A program made the position numbers and the translations under genes. From Lama guanicoe (lineage: Eukaryota): a DNA stretch of 64,000 bases. The stretch's first letter is position 1. Each line of letters starts with the position of its first letter. This document shows positions 12,565-25,900 of this stretch, piece by piece. The DNA lies in contig MU053431.1 in NCBI GenBank assembly GCA_013239625.1, positions 2,258,485 to 2,322,484 of the forward strand, read 5' to 3'. The notes beneath the pieces were generated by a model, which was given only the letters and a program-made list of their open reading frames with translations, searched no databases and was not told the DNA's origin.

Positions 12565-12950
12565 TCATAGCCGCTGGGCCAGCGTCCAGCCCTGTCCGCC
12601 CCTGGAGCACTGAGGCCCCGCCTGCCTGGAGGCCTGCTGGGCTCCGCGACGCCAGGGCTTCAGGGGGTGGACGCCCTTCCAGAGTGCCAGCCACAGAGCC
12701 CCCAGCACCCCAGGGCCGGGGCGGGCAAGAAGGGCAGCTGGTTTCCAGTCCTGGCCCTGGGTTGTCCAGCCTCTGTGCATCTCACACCTGGGAGGGCAGC
12801 GGGGAAGGACGGCCCAGCGCCGCATCCACCCGGGTTAGGTGTGTGGTCAGGTGGCCTCCAGGCAGTCAGGCTGGAGAACCTCGGGACTGTGGGGACCCTA
12901 TCCCAATTTCCCCGAGCCTGGGGGAGACACCTCAGTGCCTTTGGGGACTA

Positions 12951-14957
<2,007 letters not shown>

Positions 14958-17900
14958 TTAACACCAGCTTCACACACACCCATCCCAGACGCCCAGATTG
15001 CGTCCGCAGTTCCCGACTGACGGAACTGAGAGCCGCTGGGCAGCAGGAGTGGACTCCGAGGCCCTGTCCAGTGTGTCCCACCAAAGTGGACAAAGTGAAG
15101 CTAGGGAACAGAGCCCCTGAAGGCTGAGAACGGGGTCCAGGGCTCCTGAGAGGCACAGAGTACATGGTGTGAAACACTGGACAGGGGCCTGCACACCACG
15201 CCCCTCCCACATCTTCACCGCCCAGGACTCCCTCATCACCCCAGCTCCACCGGCCCGAGGAGGCAAGACCACCAGCCTCCCTGGTGGAGACGGGGGATGA
15301 GACCCTTCAGAGCCACACGGCACAGGCCAACCCCGGGGCAGCCACAGCGACACGGGCTCGGGCCAGCCCCGCCCTGTCCAGATGGGCATCCTGCCGGCAC
15401 CACCGAGCGGGGGCCCGACACCGAGAACACCGAGCCTGGGAGGATCCAGGCACTTCCAGCAGCCCTGCCCACATGCCCTGAAGAGGCCTGGCGAGCAGGC
15501 CCAGAGAGTGCCGCCCCCACTGGGCCAACCTGGTGCCTCCCCGCCTCCCAGCACGCCCCCAGCTCCCAGGCAGAGGCGCTGGTAGCGGATAACAAGGGCC
15601 ACTGGAGCAGGCGGATGCACGCGGGGAAACGGTCACATTTCAAAGTCGCAATTAATTTCCTTTGCTCATTAGCCAATTTATCCAATTAGCTGAGTCCTGG
15701 GAAAAAAAGTCCAGATATCTCGTGTGCCTCATGCTCGTAATTCTCTGCCTGGGGGTATCTTCTCCCAGCTCTTGGTGGGAAGGAGCCCACGTGCCCAGAG
15801 GGGCCTGCCAGGGTTGGAGACCCTGGGTTGTGGGTCAGGATTCCGGAGGCCTGGGCGGTGGGAGAGACTGACAGGATTGCCCACTCAGAGGGGCAGCTGG
15901 ACCCGGCTCAGCTCAGCACTGTGATGCAGGAGCCCAGGGGGACACATAACCCAGCAGGCTTCCCTGCGGAGGTGCACACAGCACTGCAGGGTGAAGAGCT
16001 GGTGGGCATCAGGGGAGAAGGGAAGGGAGCTCCTGGCAGAGCGAAGAGCAAGGCGGGTGGCTGGGCGTGGAGGTGGATAGTGTGTCCAGGACCCTGTCGG
16101 GGAGACTCAGAGTCCAGGGCTGTGCCCATGAAGGCCAGCACCTCGTGTGGTATAAAATCACTTCTCTAAAGTCAAACAGACAAGGCCCAGGTCCCGAGGT
16201 GACCAGACCCTCTCTCAGCCCTGCTTCCCGAGGGCGGCTCTGACCAGCATCTCGGAACATTCCAGAATGACTCACCCACGCTGTATGGAAGCGCAGCCCT
16301 TCCCAGCAGGCAGTGGCCAGGATGCCGGGCACCAGGCCAGCAATTCAGGAGACAAACCCACAGCTGCAGCCGGAAGGTCCCGTGGCCAGGGGGAGGAGGG
16401 CTGGCTCCCGAGAAGCGGGCCTGGGAGACGGCCCCCTCCCAAAAGTGCCGGCGACACTCCAAGATTTGTTTCTGCTGTTTGGGGACAGATGGCCACAGAT
16501 GGCACGTCCTGGTGGTGTGCAGCGGCGGCAGCAGGTCAGACACTCGGGAAGAGGCCACCCGCCCACTCGGACATGAGGAGGAAACAGCCAGGCAGCTGCG
16601 CGCGTCCCTGTCACCCTATCACGTCCCAGAGCAGAGACAGTCCCACGGGCGCCCGCATCCCCACCCACACCTCTAGGACCCTGCAGGTCAAGAGAGGAAC
16701 ACCTCCAGAGCATGGTGACTTCCCGCCACCCCTCAGCCACTCTTCCAGGCAGCTGAATGACGGGAAAACCTTTCCAGACCTCCTCCTGTCGCAGGCACCA
16801 CAGTGACCAGCGCCCAGCCACCTCCTGGACCTGAGACCTCCGGTGCTCACACCCATTTAGAGACGGGGCAGCTGAGGCTACGAGAGGCCGGTAGGGGCTC
16901 TGCCTCTGGCCTCACAGTCCCTAGACTCAGCATCTTCGGTCATAGGGACACTTCACTGGGGCCCAGCCCCGCTGGCTCAGACCCCAGCATCGCCCTCCCA
17001 CGGGACAGCAAGGGTGACCACCCACAGCTCCACAGCCCATCAAGGGGTCACCTGCTGGAGTTATGTCGGGGTCCTGGCTCCACCGCTTCCAGGAGACACT
17101 GGGGAGTCTGAGCCAGGCAGGGGCCTCCCTGCCCAAAGGCGACCGGTCATTCTGGGTCCTGGCTGATGGCAGGCTCAGGAGAGATGGACCAGAACCCCCT
17201 CGGGAGAGGAGCTGGGCAGATGCACAGGGGACACCACTGACACCACCGGGGGGTGCTGCGTGCTGACCCACAGGCCCCAGAAAATGGGGGGGCTGGTAGC
17301 TGGGTCTGCTTCCCCCCCAGGACAGCTAGCTGAGGCGCTCCACCCGCCCGCAGGCTGGGGGTCCCACCCCTCAGCTGCAAGGTAGGGGCTCGCCTCTGGC
17401 CTCAAGCCCAGCACCACCTGAGCATCCCCCCAACATCCAGACCGAGGCCTCGGGGCCCTACGGGAAGGGTTCCCAGGCCTTCCAACCCAGGAACTGTCCA
17501 GGCTGTTTCAGGAAAGAAAGGCAGGGAGGCAGGACACGGTGGTTCTCCTACAACCGAGGCTAATTATGAAAATGAATTCAACATCAAGATGCTTCCCTGG
17601 CTGCGGTTGCCAAGGAGACAAGCAATTCAAGCAGCTGGTTCCCAGCCCCAGACTCCAGGGGCCGAGATGGCTCAGGAAGCAGAGCTGGGAGGGGAAGGAC
17701 CTCAGACCACGCTCACCTGAGCAGTGGGGAAGGCAGCCACCTGCAGAGTGAGCTTCGGCCAGAACAGCCTCGTCCCAGGTGCACACCCAGGTGTGCGCCA
17801 GCCAGAGCGCCCAGTTCACAAGCCCCAGCACTGCAGGATCCACAGCAAACAGACTGTCTTCACCCACAGCAGGACAGACCTCAGCCAGGCTTCAGGAGGG

Positions 17901-18659
17901 GCTTCTGCCGCCTGCACCCTGGGGGAGGTGGACCCCTCTCTTAAAACAGGTGGAGGCCCGGTGGGGTCCTGAGCGCAGGGATTCTGATGTTTGGGGAGAC
18001 AGGTGGGGAGGGGCCCAGGGAGGTAGGAGGTGGTGGGAGGAACGGAGGGTGGTGGAGGCTGGATGGACGCCAGCAGAGGAGACCCCAGTCGAGGCCTGAC
18101 AACACCCACACCTTGCGGCAGGCAGCCACCGCCACACCCGCAGTTCCTGGCGTGCGCTGTGAATTCTGCCTGCCCCTAAACTCTCGGGAAGCGCAGCCCC
18201 TGCCTCAAGAGAGAGACCTCTGCTTCTGGATCTCCCCCCTGCCCCCACCACATCGGACTGCAGGCAGTATTTCTTTTCTAGAAAAATGTGACAAAGCCTC
18301 TGCCACCTTGTTCCCACATCTGACGCCCACTTCACCATGGGGAGGGGGTGGGCGCCAGGGAGGGCTGGCGATGCAGCCCAGGCGGGGACAGAGCACTGGA
18401 GGTCGGTCCCTCAGCCCAGACCCCCCACTCCCTCCAAAGGCCAGCTTGGGAGAGGGCAGTGGTCATTAATCTCACTTTACGTATTTAAGGAAACAAACCT
18501 TTCGCAAGCAACCAGCAGGGCTGAGAGGAAAGCGGGGCATGTCACCAGCACCACTCGCTCACCTGGCCCCCGGCCGGCAAAGCTGGGACAGGAGGGTGGG
18601 GAGGGGTCCCCGACACACAGCACCACCCCCAGGCTAGAATCATGACAGCCCTGCAGACA

Positions 18660-18740
18660 GGGAGATGCTCGTCCATTTCACAGATGAGAAAAACAAGGCT
18701 GTAAAGCAGCTCACCGTGACCCCATGGGGTCAAGCCTGAG
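18660..18740 (-). mobile_element. MIR fragment
   Basis: MIR core in antisense orientation: ccatttcacagatgagaaaaacaaggct. Confidence 0.6.
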
Positions 18741-20189
18741 CACCCCTTCCAGGGGAGGGGTCTCCCCACAATGACGCCCATTCCAACAAGGCTGTGTCTC
18801 CCTGGGGGCCACACAGCCCAGGAACCTGAGGGAGATGGGAGGGAGAAGCAGCCAGTGCAAGGCCACCGCGGTCCCCTCAGGTCCAGGCCCACACCCGGCT
18901 CCCCAGGGAACCTCCCGCTGCATTGTCCATTCTGCGGCTGGCGCTGCAGCCTGGAATCTAATTTCACCCCCTAATAAACTGCTCTGCCCCCAGGACCCAC
19001 TGCCACTTCCAACCTCTGGGAGCGACGGGAAGCCTGGACTGCTGACGGCTGCTCCAGGTGCAAACCAGATGCAAAGAATCACACAGATCCCACCAGGATC
19101 AGAGGGAGCAGGAGGCCACATGCCTGAGACCACCCCTCTCCCAGAGCCCATGGTCAGCCCACCCCCAGCCCACTGCAGCCCGTCCCTGTCTGAGCCTGCT
19201 CATCGGAGAACCCCCAGAGCCTGAGGGACCCTCGTACACAGCAAGTGCTCAATAAATGCCTCAGACCCGCAGGCCTCCACCGACGGGCCTCACCTCCATT
19301 GCCCCTCCCCACCCCCACCCTGCTCCAGCCCCTTTCCCAGCTGGACCCGAGGGCACATCACGTCTGTGGCCTTTCCACACCAGTTCCCCCATCCAGCCCC
19401 CCTCTCGCCCCACACCCAGGGCAGGAAGGCACACTCAGGGGACCCCTTGATGACCCCCACTGGCCAGTGACCTCTGAACAGCCAGTGTCCCCCAAAGCCT
19501 CAGCCGTGAGTACTGTCCAGGACTGGGGGCTCTGGTGGTCTGGGGTCCTAACCTCCCCAAGCACCAGTCCCTAACCATTCACCCACCAGAAGCTCTAGGT
19601 TCACAGGGACCCCCAGCCCCACCTTGCTCACTGCAGATCCCAGACCCCCCAGAAAGACCGGGCATCTTCGGTGAAGCTCCAGGTGCTCGGGAAGTCACAG
19701 GGTGTGGGGGGAGCTGCCACTCGGGGGCGGGCCGGGATGGGGGGACTCGGGGCCCTGGCGGCACATCTGCTGGCTCAGCACACAGTAAAGCCACTTCCCC
19801 AGGCGCCTCCCACTCCGTCCAGGAGACATTGCTCCACTCGGGTGATTTGCTGTCCATTGGTCACCTGTCCACACGCAGACTGTAGAATCAAAGGTTCACC
19901 TGCGCACCCTCCCCATCCCACACCAGAGCCCACTCACACACATACCAGGCAGCATCGGACACCTGACCCCACCACACCCATGCCCTGGGCTCTCCCTCTG
20001 CCTCCCACCCCCACCCTTCTCAGAGACAACAGTACCCCCGACCAGGCTCACAGCCCCCAGTCAGAGGTCCTCCCTCCCAAGAGCTCACCTCAGCCGTCCC
20101 ATCCATTGTGCCCCGACTGTGTCACAGCTGTCCAACCCCCATTCCTGCCACCTGTGGCCCCCACCAACACTAAGACCACAGGAAGAGCA

Positions 20190-20520
20190 CCTGCTCCCCT
20201 CCTGCCTATTTCTGGGCCTCACCAAGCCAGCTTCCCTGCCCCAGGCCCTTTGCACCTTCTCCTCCACCACCTGGAATGTTCTTCTGCCAGCACGTCTGTC
20301 ACAAGGCTGCCTCCTCCTCCTGTCCAGGATTTACCTTCAACATCACCGTCTCTGAGAGGTTGCCCAGCCCCCAACTCTCTTCAGTTTCTCTCCTGGGGCC
20401 TCGACCCTCCTAGCACCAGCACCCTCCTCGCCCACTCTGTTCACAGGCCCCCAAGTGCACGGCCAGAGCCCACACACAGCAGTGCCCTCAGCTCGAAGGC
20501 GTATACCCACTGGACAGTTC
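20190..20520 (+). mobile_element. L2 3' fragment
   Basis: caggccctttgcaccttct..cctggaatgttcttc..aacatcaccgtctctgagagg resembles the L2 3' region. Confidence 0.55.
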
Positions 20521-20529
20521 AGGAGTAAG

Positions 20530-21135
20530 GAGCCAAGAAGTGGCCATGGACAGGAGACCTGTGTCCCAAGGAACGCAGAGGCTTCCAAAGGCCATCCTGG
20601 AGGTCCCGAGACCAGGAGGGCACAGCTGGCCCCGGGGGGCCTGGCCACGTCTGAGCCCATGAGGTGGGAAATGCAGCTCATTAAAAACAAGGCTGCAGTT
20701 CCACAAGAAACGCTTGCGTGTCTCCGCACAGAAACCTGAACTGCCACGTCCCACAGTCTGGGCACCGCAGACCAAGGCAGAGGGGCTCAGTCATCGGCAG
20801 ATGAGTGGTGGACTTGGGGGCCCGTCCACGGCGGAGCGCGACTCAGCCTGAGGCGAGTGAAGCACCGACACCCGCCACAACCTGGATGGACCTTGGAAAC
20901 ACGATGCTCAGTGAGAGGACACAGACACGCCAGGCCACAGGGCATGCGACCTGCTCACATGAAAAGTCAAGAACACGGAATCCGGCTCCAGGGGCCAGAG
21001 GTGGGGAGACAGGGACCTACAGGAGCTGTGGCGCTTTATGGGGTGAGAAAAAGACACCTCACTGTGAACACACTGAATACCACCAAACTGGTTGAAAATG
21101 GCTCCCTGTGTGTCCCGTGCACTTCACCTCAGGTA
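20530..21135 (+). mobile_element. L1 (L1MB-like) 3' end
   Basis: gccacaacctggatggaccttggaaacacgatgctcagtgagagga..; actgtgaacacactgaataccacca..aaaatgg are typical of an L1M 3' UTR. Confidence 0.8.
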
Positions 21136-22399
21136 CAGGAAAGAGAATAGGCCAGGCCGCTGAGGCCTGAAGCAGCAGCCCAGCCCCGCCTGCCTGCCTG
21201 TGCCCGGCAGTGCCCCCCCACAACCTGCGCCCTGGGCCCCCCTGCGTTGGCACAGATTTGGGTGGGAAGAGTCACCACCTCCCCCCAGACACCACGCCCC
21301 CGCCCCCCTGCCAGGGGCCTGACCCCGTCCTGGGGGGGGTCTGTCCGGGAACAGTCCCAGCCCCCACCCCGTGAAGCCTCAGCACCAACACATGAGGTAG
21401 CCTCCTGCGGGGAGTGGGCAGCCACTGGCCAGTCGGTTTCCCGAGCTGGTGGCGGAGCACCCCTCCCATGGTCTCCTCTGGGCTCTGTCCTCATAAGCCC
21501 CAGTCTCCCCTGACCCCGGCTCACTCTGGGGGCCCGTCCTTGGGTGTGTCTCCCTGGCCTGCCACACACGCCCCCGACACACGCACCTTTCAGGTCCCTC
21601 GATTGCCCTGCCCCGTCCGGAGCTGGCCTAACCAGACCAGCACGGCTGACTCCTGCCCCTGCAGGTCCCACAGCCCCGCCCTGCCGGGTCTCGGCCCCGC
21701 TGTGTGGAGCCTGCCCAGGAGCGGGGTAGGGAGGGGCTCCCCGAGGGCAGTACTGCTGTGGACAGGCCTCTGCGATCAGGATGCGATTACAGAGCTTGTA
21801 ATTCACTGCGCAGACACCAGTTTTCAGGGGGTGCTCTTCCCCCAACAAGGGGGTCCGTGTGGGCCACACCCCTGGCATCTAACATCCCCTTCGTGAGCAT
21901 AGGAACTCACGCAGGTGCTCAGGGCCCCCCGCAACAGCTCTGCTGACCCAGGGCCCCTCACAGACCTGCCTCCCCCATGTCAGTCTCCCCCAGACTCTTT
22001 CTGCAGACCCTCCTAGTGTTTCTCTGTCTGGCCCACCCCCCAGGCTCCCCAGCTCTTGGCTCACTGGTCCCCTAAACCACTCCCAGCGTTCTCTCAGTCT
22101 CCACTTACACGCTTCCAGCGACACAGGGCTCACCCATGGGCAGGACCTCGTTTTAACAACCCCCTCCCAGGGCAGCCCTGGTCCTGACCCCGGGTGGCCG
22201 CCAGGCATGCTCTCACTCGGGGGCCTGCCCCAGGCCAGCACCCACTGCCGCCATCTGCTCCCCAGGTGTAAGCCAGCGAGGGCGCAGGGTGAGGGGTCGG
22301 GGACAGGCCACCTCGTCCCCTGCCCCAGGGAGCACCGGGAGCCCTGACGACAGAGGCAAAGCGAACACTCGCCCATGGGCGGCCCATCTGTTGCCACAG

Positions 22400-22580
22400 C
22401 ACGTGGTTAACACAGAGGAGGACAGCAGAGTCTGAGTTTTGCCTCCTGTAAGGAAGGAGAGATGGGCACAGACGGTCGGAAACACATCGGAACAGACAAA
22501 CGTTCCCCCTCGGGTTTTCCGCGTCTTCCCCGTTTCCTGCAGTGGACATGTATTATTTCCGAAATCAGAAAAGATAACAG
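22400..22580 (+). mobile_element. L1ME-like 3' terminal fragment
   Basis: tttcctgcagtggacatgtattatttccgaaatcagaaaa resembles the L1ME 3' terminus. Confidence 0.5.
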
Positions 22581-22915
22581 AGCACAACCGAGCATTCTCC
22601 TAAGAGCCATCGGTGCCCCCGCTCAGGCTGTGCAGTGCTGCCTGCCCATCGCCTGGGCCGAAACACTTGCTTTCCATGCACACAATATTAATTCAGCTCT
22701 CAGCTAATTAAACCGCACAGACCAGAGGGGACCATCTTGGAGAACCCTAATGAGGAGGGACGCGTCCTGGGAGCACAATGGCTGAGTCTGGAGATGGAGG
22801 AGTGGCCGTGCCCGGGTGTCGGCCCCGAGAGCCCCACCCTGTGCCAGCAGCAGTGGGCCAAGCCCCAGCTCTCCCTGGGCCTGAGCCCCCACGGAGAGAC
22901 GGCTGGGGGCTTGTG

Positions 22916-22936
22916 CTCAGGACCATGGCCAGTGCC
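22916..22936 (+). promoter_or_regulatory. RE1/NRSE (REST site) in KCNQ2 intron 1
   Basis: CTCAGGACCATGGCCAGTGCC versus consensus TTCAGCACCACGGACAGCGCC, with canonical 2-nt spacing. KCNQ2 is an established REST target. Confidence 0.85.
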
Positions 22937-25900
22937 CGGCATGGCCCTCCCCTGTGTCACCCACCCGGTTACACGACCCGGCCCCCCGCCCCCACCCCTG
23001 CCACAGGCTGAGCTCCAAAACGCTCCCCCTTCCTGGGGCTCTGGGTCTGCCCTGCCCTCCTGCCGGGGGCCCTCCCGGGTGGTGCCACCACATCCCACAC
23101 CAGGCTCACCTCTGGGGTGAACAGGCTTCTAACCCCCCATGGATGTGGCCAGGCTCCTGTGGTGACCTGTCCACTGACTGGACGCCTGGCTCAGGGCTCT
23201 GCACGGATCAGCCAAGTGCTCACCGCGGCTCCTCCCACTTCCACATCCCCTCCTGGTGACCCAGCTTCCTCCCCTCAAAACCTGGGGTCCCAGGAGAAAT
23301 AGGCCTTACCCTCCTACAAACCCTTCAAATATTTTTTTCCAAACCTGAATGGAAAAGCAAACTGAAAAGGTCAAGACTGAGGCTCTGTGGAGGAAAGGGG
23401 CAGACCAGACAGGGCCTGGAGGAGGGTGGGGCCTGGGCAGGGGGCTGCTCGCAGCAGACACCAGAACCACCTGAAGGACACTCCCTGCGGGCGGCCGCCT
23501 CGGGCCCTGGGAGCTGTGACCCGCCGCCACCACCAGTGAGTAAGGGATCTCTGGACACACTGTGTTTCCAATCGCTTCCAGCAGGACTTTCTGGAACCAA
23601 TGCTGTTTGGTACATTTACAAAATTATTCCGGGTAATCCAAAAAATTAAAGACCTAATTTTATTCAAGCCAGTAACTGGTTGAGCCCAAAGATTCTCAGC
23701 TCTGAGCACGTCCCAGAGACAAAAGTCAGACTCAGGACTGAGAGCCTGGAACCCGGGCCCTTCCGCCCGCTCCCCCAAGTGGAGCCACCGCGGCCCCCAA
23801 CCACCACGGCCTCTGCAAAGTGCTGCCGGAAAAGGCTCCGCCTGCCCGCCTGCACCCCCTCCCTTTGGCCAACTGCAGCTGCTGGGCGGTGGGGCTAAGG
23901 CTCTGCACAGCCGGTGGCTGGGGAACAGTGAGAGCCCCATCATGCATAGGTCACCTGCCCCGGACCAGGGGTCTCCCCACAGTGCTCGGGGCTGCTGAAG
24001 AAGGCGCAGCCCCCGCGCTGCACCAGCCAAGCTGCAGAGCTGGCGGCCTCGCTCGCCAGCGCGCGGTCTCGGTTCGGTTACTGCACTGGCCCACCTGGGC
24101 CCCCCACCTCAGTGTCACGACACCTGGCAGGAGGCAAGTCATCGTCCCTGTTCTCCACTGGGCACCATCCTGCCCGTTCTCGTGGGAACCCTTCTCCGTG
24201 ACAGAACCCACACTTTGCCAAGCCCAGGCCTTCACAGGCAGGGATGCTGGGGCCTGTGTCCTCCGAGGGCCCTGGCTGGCTGCAGAGGGAGCCACACAAG
24301 CTCACCAGCGTCGAGGTGGGGGACATGAGCCCTGCAGCCGCACGAGGAACGCAGGTCCCAGAGCGGCCCAGCCAGGGCATGTGACCCTCGAGTGTCCGGT
24401 CCTGTTTCCTCCCAGATGAATTAATAGCATGGTGCATCCCAGCTTCAAGCAACAAAGACCCCGGTCCTCCCTCTCTAACTCCTGACCAGTCCGTTTGCTG
24501 ACCAGCCCCTGGGCCCCTCCTTCCAACTCCGTGGCTGTGACTGTCTTAGCTCAGGTGAGGAACAGACAGGCCTCAGAAGTAGTGATCTCGCTGCCCCGAG
24601 CCTCTCCTGCAAGCACCCACCTCACCACAAGGGGTTTCAGGGGCTACATAACCCTCTTTTTCCTTCCTTGGTCCTGACCAAGCTGGCCTGGCCTTGCTGG
24701 CGGGGGGCCCGTGGCCACGCCACGAGGACGCCGCATGGAGCAGGTGAGGCCCGTTTCTGGAGGCCGCCAGAACTGTCAGCAAACCGCCGTTGGAAAGCAC
24801 GGCGCAGATCCAGCCTTAGGGAAGGAGCAGCCCCACCGGCAGGCGACTCCCACGTGCAGGGACCCACATGGCACCTTGTGGCCCACATGGCACCAAGTCA
24901 CCACACAACAGCTTAGGAGAGAGGGGGTGCTCATGGGGACATATCCCACGTGGAAATCTGACGTCCCCTTTACGGTCTAGGGCACCACTGGTACAACCTG
25001 CCCACAATGGTGGTTTTCAAGCCAAAACCATCCCGGCCTCCCTGCTCGGAGGTTCAGGATGCTGGGGCCGTGAGTCCATCAGCTGTGGACAGAAGGCCTC
25101 TCCCAAACCCAGGCAGCCATGGAGCAAGCGGTCTCCTTTAGGAAAACGGCCAGGCCCCCTGGGCAAACGCACAGCGTCAGACCGGGGCCCCGTGCCTAAT
25201 CATGAGGTCCAGTTAACAGCAGCCCCAAACCTCTCCATCCAGGTCCCGCCACTGGCCAACTGGACTGAGAACTGGGTGGGGGAAGGCGGCCCAGGGTGTT
25301 GTCCAAGATGCACCAGCCTCCAACCGCCTTCGTCTGCCTTTCTCCCGACCGAGCCACAATCACGCAGATGGGACGATAGCCAGAAGCCCCCCGAACACCA
25401 CACACACCAAGCGTTGAGCGAGTCACAGGAGGCCAGCACGGAACTGTCCCCACATCACAGATGAGGAGATGCGGGCCCCAACTCGGAAGCACCGGTGGAG
25501 GCAGAGCCCGCGGCCCCCACCACTCACCATCCTCTGCCACACACGCCCTCTGAACCGTTTCCACTGGTTATACCCTCACATCGCACCTCGCGGGGGGCGT
25601 GGGAGTGAAGAGGTGACGTGTGTCACTGACGCGCACACCCAGCAACGTCCACCCAGGGAGCACCTGGCTTACGCCTACGTTCATGCTCCAGAATGCTTCG
25701 CGCGTCCCACCTGCAAGGTAGCCTGGGCACCACTGTTTGTCGTAACCAGATGTCGGCACACGCAGTAACAAGATGCCAGCGTCCTCCTGATGCAGCATCC
25801 AGCCCAGAGTCCACCCACCAGCCTGGCCCTTCAACAGGCTCAGCCTGGCCTCTGGCCCCTCCCCTCCCGCCCAACCTCCAGGAGACTCTCAGGCGGCCCA

